Positions 1 through 7,500 of a DNA stretch of 26,864 bases are shown one piece after another. How positions within the stretch are numbered: the stretch's first letter is position 1; every line of letters starts with the position of its first letter. The translations under genes and the position numbers were made by a program. The notes beneath the pieces were generated by a model that did not search any database, was not told where the DNA came from, and worked only from the letters and a program-made list of their open reading frames with translations. Source of the DNA: Rickettsiales bacterium (GTDB lineage Bacteria; Pseudomonadota; Alphaproteobacteria; Rickettsiales; UBA1997); the NCBI GenBank assembly GCA_031255235.1, contig JAIRSX010000032.1, positions 1 through 26,864 of the forward strand. The letters are read 5' to 3'.

Positions 1-647
1 TTTTGAATAGTAGCATTCTCTATTACTGTAGAACCTGCTACAGCAAATGCTACTAGAACAGTTATTGCAAAGATAGCAATAGAGAACTCTGTAAGAGAGA
101 AAGCAGCAGTGGGAGTGGAAGTGTGAATAGAAGTGAGAGTAGGAGAGATTGGGAAGGTGGGAGAGATGGGAGAGGTAGGAGAGGTGGGGAATGAAGAGAG
201 AGATTGGTGGGATGGGTAGGATGATGATGGGAGTGAGGAAGGAGAAAGATAGGATAGAGAAGAGATCGGGGAAAGAGAGATGGGAGATGAGGAGGGTGAT
301 GATGATAATGGAGAGGATGATGGGGAGATGGGTGATGAGAGTGAGGAAGAAGAAGGAAAGGATAGAGAAGAGATCGGGGAAAGAGAGGAGGATGATTGGG
401 TTGGAGTAGTGACAACGGTATGGTCAGAATTGGGAGTTGTGGCTATGGTTTGAGTCATATTTGTATTTGTGGTTTGAGTTGGAGTTGTTGCGATGCTTTC
501 AGTTTTGGTTGTATCTTGAGTTATTGTGTTGGTTGGAGTTATTGCGGTGAAAGTTTGAGTTATGGTTACAACCCGAGTTGGAGTTGTTATAGTAGTTGGA
601 ACTACTGTATTAATTGGAACTATTGTTGTAAGAAAAGTATGATCCAT
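1..647 (-). CDS. Thr/Ser/Pro-rich mucin-like membrane protein, 3' partial (runs off the left edge)
   Basis: My manual translation from ATG 647 (alternative in-frame ATG 668) gives 215 codons with no stop: MDHTFLTTIVPINTVVPTTITTPTR...SSSSLSPISSLSFPSSSSLSSPISP...FSIAIFAITVLVAFAVAGSTVIENATIQ. It is absent from the ORF track, presumably because it has no stop in the window. Hydrophobic segment at about nt 33-86. Confidence 0.7.
   Translation of the reverse strand, partial: MDHTFLTTIVPINTVVPTTITTPTRVVTITQTFTAITPTNTITQDTTKTESIATTPTQTTNTNMTQTIATTPNSDHTVVTTPTQSSSSLSPISSLSFPSSSSLSSPISPSSSPLSSSPSSSPISLSPISSLSYLSPSSLPSSSYPSHQSLSSFPTSPTSPISPTFPISPTLTSIHTSTPTAAFSLTEFSIAIFAITVLVAFAVAGSTVIENATIQ
251..387. 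repeat. 29-bp direct repeat, two copies (251-279 and 359-387), inside the mucin-like ORF
   Basis: AGGATAGAGAAGAGATCGGGGAAAGAGAG occurs twice and encodes LSPISSLS on the minus strand. Confidence 0.9.
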
Positions 648-675
648 TTGATTGGTTAAAATTAACATAAGGCCA

Positions 676-704
676 ATTATATCAAATTTTAAATAGAAGA
701 GCAA
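676..704 (-). promoter_or_regulatory. sigma70-type promoter with extended -10 for the mucin-like gene
   Basis: The minus strand reads TTGCTC-N17-TATAAT with TG one base upstream of the -10 (TGaTATAAT), immediately upstream of ATG 668/647. Confidence 0.65.
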
Positions 705-737
705 GAAAAGTACACCCTATTTATGTTATTACACCTT

Positions 738-2360
738 TTATGGCTTATTTGTTATATACGGAACCACGTTTAAAATTGGCGCTATATTCTCAATAGTTCG
801 TCCAACTATAGGTGCAGCAATATTTCCAGCCGCAACTTCAATATTATTTTCCCTAACCTGAGGACTCTCAACCATAACATATACGGAATAAGTTGGATTA
901 TTCATAGGAAAAATACCTATAAAATTTGCCATAATATTTCCCTTTTCGTATTTTCCATTTTTCAATATTCTTGCCGAACCGGTTTTTCCACCAACAGCAT
1001 AACCAAGCACATTTGCCTTCCAACCCGTCCCAACCCTGACGGCATTTCTCAAATAAAGATTTAATATTTTTGAAGTTTGGGGTGATACTATTATTTTTTC
1101 AATATACTTTTCATTTCCTACAAATTTTGGTGTCATAACAACACCGTCATTCACAATTCCATTTATCCCCATAGTAACATGTAAAGGAGTTACAGCAACA
1201 CCATATCCATAACTAATTGTTACCGTGTTTATATCTCTCCAACTCTGCGGAACAATAGGTGCTCCCAATGAAGGATAGTTCGTTTGTATTCTATCAAAAA
1301 GTCCAATATTTTCTAAAAATTCTTTCATGTTTTTAGTTCCAATTTTTAGCCCGATTAAAGAAGCACCAACATTTGACGATCTTTCTAAAATTTCGCTTGC
1401 ATTCATGAATTTTTTACTAAAATATTCTTGTTTTATTTCATAGTCCTGAAAACTAATGGTTTGCGATACATCAAATTTTTCATTCTGAGTTATTAAATTT
1501 TTATCAAGCCCAAGTGCAATAGTAAAGATTTTAAAAATTGAACCCATCTCATAAACACCCAATGTTGCCCTATTAAAAAAAAGATTTCTATCTTCTATGT
1601 TAATTTTGTTCGGATCAAAATCTGGAATATTAACCAACGCCAAAACATTTCCTGTTTTAATCTCACTTACTATACCAATCATTGATTTTGCTTTATATTT
1701 TTCTTGTCCCTTCAGCAATTCTTGTCTCAAAATTGCTTGTACTCTACTATCCAGTGTCAAGACAAGCGGAGCATTATTATGATTATTTAGGTAATTATTA
1801 TATTGTAATTCAATACCAGAAATGCCTTTTCCATCTATATTTGTGAAACCAACTATATGTGAAAAGAGATTCTGATGTGGATAAATTCGTCCCTTCTTTT
1901 TTTCAAATTCAAAACCAACTATACCAGAATTTTTGATACTTTCTTCTTGCTTTTCTGTAATTGACTTTTTGATTAAAATAAGTTTCGTTTTCGCATTGAA
2001 TAATCTATCCAAAGTTCTCTGCTTGTTTATATCCGGAAAAATTCCAACAATTTTTTCAACCGTATCGTCTATATTTTCCAACAAATCTATATTTAGATAA
2101 AAATCTGACAAGGTTATATCTGCTGCTATTATAACACCATTTTTATCAACAATATTAACTCTTTTTTCTAAAGTACCATTGTTATACAAATTATTGTTAT
2201 AATCTTTCTTTTTTCTAAAATACCCTAAATGAACAATTCTGGCAGAAACTATAAAAAAAACTACGATAAAAACAGAAACGATAAATGTTACTCTGTCTTT
2301 CAATAAATTTTCATCCCCATCCAATTTATTCTTTAAGAAATATTTCAAATTTATTTTCAT
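738..2360 (-). CDS. ftsI: class B penicillin-binding protein (FtsI/PBP3-type transpeptidase)
   Basis: N-terminal TM anchor, R..I.D.NG...A dimerisation-domain motif, and catalytic motifs SxxK (GSIFK), SxN (SSN) and KTG; 540 aa. Confidence 0.85.
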   Translation of the reverse strand: MKINLKYFLKNKLDGDENLLKDRVTFIVSVFIVVFFIVSARIVHLGYFRKKKDYNNNLYNNGTLEKRVNIVDKNGVIIAADITLSDFYLNIDLLENIDDTVEKIVGIFPDINKQRTLDRLFNAKTKLILIKKSITEKQEESIKNSGIVGFEFEKKKGRIYPHQNLFSHIVGFTNIDGKGISGIELQYNNYLNNHNNAPLVLTLDSRVQAILRQELLKGQEKYKAKSMIGIVSEIKTGNVLALVNIPDFDPNKINIEDRNLFFNRATLGVYEMGSIFKIFTIALGLDKNLITQNEKFDVSQTISFQDYEIKQEYFSKKFMNASEILERSSNVGASLIGLKIGTKNMKEFLENIGLFDRIQTNYPSLGAPIVPQSWRDINTVTISYGYGVAVTPLHVTMGINGIVNDGVVMTPKFVGNEKYIEKIIVSPQTSKILNLYLRNAVRVGTGWKANVLGYAVGGKTGSARILKNGKYEKGNIMANFIGIFPMNNPTYSVYVMVESPQVRENNIEVAAGNIAAPIVGRTIENIAPILNVVPYITNKP

Positions 2361-3139
2361 CTAATTATTTTAAATATTCTATTCCATTTAACACTTTTCC
2401 AAAATTTAAAAATGCTCCCATTTTTTGAGAAAAATATAATTCTTGCTTTTCCAATTAGATTTTGTTCCGGTACAAGACCAGTCTGAGAAAATCTGCTATC
2501 CAATGAATTATCTCTATTGTCTCCCATAAAGAAATAAAAACCTTCAGGAACAACATATTCTGGCGTATTATCACCTGGTGCATCTGATATCTTGTCCAAT
2601 GTTATATAAACATTGTTATTTATCTCTTCCCTATATCCCTTTACTCGTTCTTCATCAAAATAATTTTCAAAATAATCCTTTTCATACTCTTTTGTTATTT
2701 CCTCATCATTTATGTATAAAACCCCCTCTCTCATTTGTATTTTATCACCAGGAAGTCCGACCAATCTTTTTATATAAGCAATGGAAGGTTGTTTTGGAAA
2801 TCTAAAAACTAACACTTCCCCCCTTTTCACCTTGCCTTTATTAAAGAATATTCTTCCATCAAAAGGAAACATAGCAAAGGGAAATGAATATTTCGTGTAA
2901 CCGAAATCGTATTTTGAAACTATAATAAAATCACCATCTTGTATCCCGGGTTTCATTGAACCAGATGGAACATAAAAAGGTTCGTAAAAAAAACTTCTTA
3001 TAACCATAGCAATCACAAGTGCGACAGCAAAACTCTTCAATGTTTTAATTAGCGTTCTATTTTCTTCTTTGCTATCCAAAAAAAGAAATATAAAAACTTT
3101 TTTTATATAATTCCAAAGAACGCGGAAATACTTATCCAT
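2357..3139 (-). CDS. lepB: signal peptidase I
   Basis: SGSMKP (catalytic Ser), YIKRLVGLPGD (catalytic Lys) and GDNRDNSLDSR boxes. Its TGA overlaps the ftsI ATG (ATGA). Confidence 0.95.
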   Translation of the reverse strand: MDKYFRVLWNYIKKVFIFLFLDSKEENRTLIKTLKSFAVALVIAMVIRSFFYEPFYVPSGSMKPGIQDGDFIIVSKYDFGYTKYSFPFAMFPFDGRIFFNKGKVKRGEVLVFRFPKQPSIAYIKRLVGLPGDKIQMREGVLYINDEEITKEYEKDYFENYFDEERVKGYREEINNNVYITLDKISDAPGDNTPEYVVPEGFYFFMGDNRDNSLDSRFSQTGLVPEQNLIGKARIIFFSKNGSIFKFWKSVKWNRIFKIIR

Positions 3140-3200
3140 AGTTGCTTATATAACTGATATATTTTCTTTTAAAAAAAAAGTTGTTATTTATGAGTACAAT

Positions 3201-3274
3201 GCTATTATAGTTCAGTGGTAGAACACATCCTTGGTAAGGATGAAAGGCAAGTTCAATTCTCGCTAATAGCACCA
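3201..3274 (+). tRNA. tRNA-Thr(GGT)
   Basis: Cloverleaf: acceptor GCTATTA/TAATAGC, D stem GTTC/GAAC, anticodon stem CATCC/GGATG with loop TTGGTAA, TTCAATT T-loop, encoded CCA. One A-C mismatch in the T stem. Confidence 0.9.
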
Positions 3275-3278
3275 TTTT

Positions 3279-3896
3279 ATGAGGAAAAATATTAATACAG
3301 CAAAGGGTAGGAAAATCTCATCTACAAAGTGGCTGGAAAGACAATTAAACGATCCTTTTGTTGAAAAAGCGAAGAAATTTGGCTATCGTTCAAGGGCAAG
3401 TTTCAAACTTATTGAAATTAATGACAAATTTAAAATTTTTGAGCGAGGACAAAAAGTTTTAGACTTAGGTTCTGCTCCAGGTGGCTGGAGTCAAATTATA
3501 GTTAAAAAAGTTGGTGAAGGTAATGTGGATGCTGTTGATCTGCTGAACATGGAATACATAAAAGGCGTTAATTTCATCCAAGGAGATTTTCTAAGTTTAG
3601 GCGAATCTTTATCAAAAAAATACGACGTTATAGTAAGCGATATGGCAGCAAATACAACTGGAAATAAAAGTACAGACCAAATCAGAACCGCTGAATTAGT
3701 GGAACAAGCATTCAATTTTGCTATAGAAAATTTAAAAGAAGACGGTTGTTTTATAGCAAAAATATTTCAAAGTAAAGAGGAACAGGATTTATTTGGCATA
3801 ATTAGAAAACATTTTAAAACCCTAAAAAGATTCAAACCAGAATCCTCAAGAAAAGAAAGCGTAGAAATATATTTTGTTGGAATAAATAAAATTTGA
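3279..3896 (+). CDS. rlmE: 23S rRNA Um2552 2'-O-methyltransferase (RlmE/FtsJ)
   Basis: Motifs RSRASFKL, DLGSAPGGWSQ, SDMAANTTG and KPESSRKES.E.Y. Confidence 0.95.
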   Translation: MRKNINTAKGRKISSTKWLERQLNDPFVEKAKKFGYRSRASFKLIEINDKFKIFERGQKVLDLGSAPGGWSQIIVKKVGEGNVDAVDLLNMEYIKGVNFIQGDFLSLGESLSKKYDVIVSDMAANTTGNKSTDQIRTAELVEQAFNFAIENLKEDGCFIAKIFQSKEEQDLFGIIRKHFKTLKRFKPESSRKESVEIYFVGINKI

Positions 3897-3904
3897 GAAT
3901 ATTA

Positions 3905-4702
3905 TCATTTTTGTCTAATCCCACAGAATTGTCTGTCCGTATTTTCTCCCATAAAATTTGCTATTTCACTCACAATTTTATTATCTTCATATTTTTTTCC
4001 AAATTCCTTTGCTCTTTCAACAATTGAACCATCACTCTCGAAAACTTCTTTATAAAATTTCAGTGCGTCACTTATATCTTTTTTACTATAACCCGCCCGT
4101 TTTAATCCAACTAAATTTAGACCTTGTAAATTACTTCGTCTACCAGATTCACTATATGCCATTCCCCAAGGAATCAAATCTTCTCCAAGTGCAGACATCC
4201 CACCCAACATAGATCCATTACCAAATCTAACAAATTGATGTGTAGCAGATAAACCACCAACATGCACATTATCCCCGATAATTACATGTCCCGCAAAAGT
4301 AGCATTATTGGCAATAATATTGTTATCCCCCAAAATACAATCATGAGCAATATGTGTGTTTACCATAAGTAAATTACCATTACCTACCTTTGTAACCATA
4401 CCACCACCAGACGTTCCAAGATGGATCGTACAATGTTCTCTAATAGAGTTATTGTCACCAATTTCGACCCTTGAATCCTCACCCTTAAATTTCAAATCTT
4501 GTGGAACTTCACCTATTACGGCAAAGGAAAAAATAGTATTATTTTCACCGATCTCCGTATTGCCCTTAATAATAACATTGGGCATTATGACTGTTCCCTC
4601 ACCAATCCTAACATTCTCTCCCACATATGAGTAAGCACCGATCTTAACATCTTTGGCAACTTGTGCCCCTTTCTCAACTACTGCCGTTTCGTGTATATCC
4701 AT
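3905..4702 (-). CDS. lpxA: UDP-N-acetylglucosamine O-acyltransferase (lipid A biosynthesis)
   Basis: Hexapeptide repeats, PQDLKF.GE, IRE..TI..GT, HIAHDC and HQF; 265 aa with a helical C-terminus. Confidence 0.95.
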   Translation of the reverse strand: MDIHETAVVEKGAQVAKDVKIGAYSYVGENVRIGEGTVIMPNVIIKGNTEIGENNTIFSFAVIGEVPQDLKFKGEDSRVEIGDNNSIREHCTIHLGTSGGGMVTKVGNGNLLMVNTHIAHDCILGDNNIIANNATFAGHVIIGDNVHVGGLSATHQFVRFGNGSMLGGMSALGEDLIPWGMAYSESGRRSNLQGLNLVGLKRAGYSKKDISDALKFYKEVFESDGSIVERAKEFGKKYEDNKIVSEIANFMGENTDRQFCGIRQK

Positions 4703-4836
4703 CTAAATAATACAATATTAATTCTAAACATAAATGTATAAAAAAAATAAACAAAAATAAATTACAATAATCATATAAATTTTTGTTTCTTACAAAAAGT
4801 TTTATAGAATTAGAAACTAAAATTTAATAATGTTAT

Positions 4837-5796
4837 ATGGTTAAGGCATTTACATTTCCAGGACAAGGTTCACAAGTGGTTGGGATGGGTAAAGAATTCT
4901 ATGACAACTTTTCTGTTGCAAAACAAGTTTTCGAGGAGGTTGATAGTACTTTAAACAGAAAACTATCTCAAACTATTTTTGATGGCCCTATAGATGTTTT
5001 GACCAGAACAGATAATGCACAACCTGCCATTATGGCGACTTCCATTGCTGTTTTAAGAGTATTAGAACAAGAATCGGGACAGAATATCTCACAGATATGT
5101 AATTTTGTCGCTGGACATTCTTTGGGAGAATATACCGCTTTATGTGCCTGTGGTGCTTTAAGTTTATCAGATACTACAAGACTTTTAGATATTAGGGGTA
5201 GAAGTTTTGAAACTGCAAGTGAACAAAATGTGGGTAGTATGTGTGCTCTACTTGGTGGAAATATTATGTTAGTTATGACGTTATTAGATGCCGTTAGAGA
5301 AAATGAGGATGTAAATTTGAAAATACAGATCGCCAATGACAATACAGTTGGACAGGTTGTGATTTCAGGCCACGAACATTTGATAGACAAAGCAGTTTCT
5401 ATTGCTACAAATTTTGGTTTCAAAAAAGCAGTTAAATTGAATGTCAGCGGTGCTTTTCACAGCGAGTTGATGCAATCAGCAGTGGAAGAAATGACCGATG
5501 CTCTACAAAATATCACAATAAACACTTCTCCAATTAATTTTATTTCAAATGTTACCGCAAAAATAACAAACAGCCCAGAAGAAATAAAACTAAATTTGAT
5601 TAGACAGATCACTGGTGCTGTTAGGTGGAGAGAAACTTTACTTAATTTTAAAACCAATAAAGTTGACAAGATTGTTGAAATTGGTGCTAAAACACTCACA
5701 CCTTTTGTATCAAGAACAATTGAGGATGGTGTATCTGCTCTATCAATCAATTCCATTGAAGTTTTGAAAGCGGAATTATACGATTTTACTATTTAG
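4837..5796 (+). CDS. fabD: malonyl-CoA:ACP transacylase
   Basis: Motifs FPGQGSQ, AQPAI, GHSLGEY, VSGAFHS and VRW. Confidence 0.95.
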   Translation: MVKAFTFPGQGSQVVGMGKEFYDNFSVAKQVFEEVDSTLNRKLSQTIFDGPIDVLTRTDNAQPAIMATSIAVLRVLEQESGQNISQICNFVAGHSLGEYTALCACGALSLSDTTRLLDIRGRSFETASEQNVGSMCALLGGNIMLVMTLLDAVRENEDVNLKIQIANDNTVGQVVISGHEHLIDKAVSIATNFGFKKAVKLNVSGAFHSELMQSAVEEMTDALQNITINTSPINFISNVTAKITNSPEEIKLNLIRQITGAVRWRETLLNFKTNKVDKIVEIGAKTLTPFVSRTIEDGVSALSINSIEVLKAELYDFTI

Positions 5797-5803
5797 GGGT
5801 ATT

Positions 5804-6805
5804 ATGGAGATTATAAATAAAATTAGAGATGCTGGTATTTATGGGAAGGGTGGTGCCGCTTACCCTACTGCTGATAAATGGGAAGGTGTTTATAAAGCAC
5901 AAGGAGACAAAAAATACATCATAGTCAATTCCAGTGAGGGCGAGCTGGGTCTTTTTAAGGATTTATATGTTTGGAGAAACCACATGGAAAAAGTTTTTGG
6001 TGGAATTAAATATGCCATTGATTTTTTGAATTGCCCATTAGAAATTTATATACATATTAATCAAGACTATTATAATGAACTTCAATCAGCAATATATAGA
6101 CATATAAATGATTTTAAATGGTTAGACGTTAAATTTCACATATCTATTGAAAATCCAAGTTATATAGGTGGTGAGGCAAGTGCTTTGATGAATATCATTG
6201 AAACCGGCGTTGCCCAACCAAAACCAAGAACCGCAAGAACAGTCGAGAAAGGACTTTTTGAAAAGCCAACCATGATGAATAATGTGGAAACCTTTTATGA
6301 TGTATGCAGAGTTTTAGATGGTGATTATGATAATAAAAGATTTTTTGGTATCTGGGGAGATGGGATTGAAAAAAGAGTTATAAGGGCAGATATAAACGAC
6401 AGTATTGGTAAAATTTTAAGAGACAATGGGATTACAAATTTTGACTACGTGCAAGTAGGAGGAAGTGCCAGCGGAGCTGTTTATAATAAATCTCAATTGG
6501 ATGAAATTTTTACAAAATCAGCTGGTGGTATTGAAATTTTTGATAAAAATAAGCGAGGAGTAAAAGAATTTTTAACAAGAATCAGTGCATTTTATGAAAA
6601 GGAAGCATGCGGAAAATGTATGGGTAAAAAATTTGCTACTTCTTTAAAAGAGCTAATTGATGGTGGTGAATATGAACCTGAGAAATTGTTTCCTGTAGTT
6701 CTTGACATGAATAAAAAAACGTTTTGTAAACTATGTAAAAGTCTAAAGACACCATTTGAGACGTTCAGCAAGAACATACTTGGAAAAGATTTAAATATTA
6801 TGTAA
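5804..6805 (+). CDS. stand-alone NuoF/HydB/HoxF-like FMN- and Fe-S-binding NAD(P)H oxidoreductase subunit, N-terminally shortened
   Basis: G.YGKGGAAYPT..KW, NSSEGELG.FKD, YIGGEASAL, NNVET, VGG, EACGKC and TFCKLC match NuoF-family motifs in order. AGGGG RBS 7 nt after the fabD stop. No nuoE, nuoG or hydA nearby. Confidence 0.8.
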   Translation: MEIINKIRDAGIYGKGGAAYPTADKWEGVYKAQGDKKYIIVNSSEGELGLFKDLYVWRNHMEKVFGGIKYAIDFLNCPLEIYIHINQDYYNELQSAIYRHINDFKWLDVKFHISIENPSYIGGEASALMNIIETGVAQPKPRTARTVEKGLFEKPTMMNNVETFYDVCRVLDGDYDNKRFFGIWGDGIEKRVIRADINDSIGKILRDNGITNFDYVQVGGSASGAVYNKSQLDEIFTKSAGGIEIFDKNKRGVKEFLTRISAFYEKEACGKCMGKKFATSLKELIDGGEYEPEKLFPVVLDMNKKTFCKLCKSLKTPFETFSKNILGKDLNIM

Positions 6806-6833
6806 AAAAGAGGATATAATTTTTATATCCTCT
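6804..6833 (-). terminator. intrinsic terminator between convergent genes
   Basis: Perfect 11-bp stem AGAGGATATAA/TTATATCCTCT with a 3-nt loop. The plus-strand A run forms a U tract for the minus-strand omp transcript. Confidence 0.7.
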
Positions 6834-6860
6834 ACTCTTATTTTTATAGCAACTTAGTAA

Positions 6861-7457
6861 TTAGAAGCCGATTCTAACACCAGCATAAATATCACTTGAA
6901 TTTATTTCTCTATTTGCTGCTGACACAATTCTAAGTGTTCCTTGATGGAAATATCTCCAACCAAGATCAACGGAAAGAACATCCGCCAAAGTAAGAGTTC
7001 CACCAGCACCAATGTTCCATGCAAGATTTGAATCGTTAGAAAGGTTACCTATACTTAAGAATCTAGTATAACCAGCACCACCTCCAAAGAATACTTTAAA
7101 ACCGCCAAGAGCAGGTAAAGAAATATCAACTACATCATAATAAACATTCACACCAGTAGTCAAAGAGTGGATTTTTTGAGTCGCAGATGAAATTGAAACC
7201 TCTGCTCCATTGTTTCTGCCTAAAACTTCAAACTCTGCTCTTATTGTGTTCAAAAAAGGCAAAGTCAATCTTAAACCTGCATTTACTGAACCAAAAAAAT
7301 GTGGTTTTGATTCAACTTTAAATACAGAATCTCCATCCACAAAACCACCAGTAGAACTCCCTCCTCTAATTCCTATATAACCACCAACCGGTAAAATCGC
7401 AGCATTCACAAAAGTAATTGACAGCAAAAGAACCACCAACATCATTTTCTTTTTCAT
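6861..7457 (-). CDS. outer-membrane beta-barrel protein (small 8-strand OmpA/opacity-like family)
   Basis: Signal peptide MKKKMMLVVLLLSITFVNA, amphipathic strands (RAEFE, NVYYD, FFGGGAG, AWNIGAG, DLGWRY) and terminal Phe (GVRIGF). Confidence 0.85.
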   Translation of the reverse strand: MKKKMMLVVLLLSITFVNAAILPVGGYIGIRGGSSTGGFVDGDSVFKVESKPHFFGSVNAGLRLTLPFLNTIRAEFEVLGRNNGAEVSISSATQKIHSLTTGVNVYYDVVDISLPALGGFKVFFGGGAGYTRFLSIGNLSNDSNLAWNIGAGGTLTLADVLSVDLGWRYFHQGTLRIVSAANREINSSDIYAGVRIGF

Positions 7458-7500
7458 TTTATAAAAAATTATTCACTGTAAAGTGATATAAAACTATTTC

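Noticed and set aside
62-659. Track ORFs 62-415 (-), 191-409 (+) and 396-659 (+)
   Set aside because: They are alternative-frame or antisense shadows of the low-complexity mucin-like frame, which is longer and has a promoter and a TM helix.
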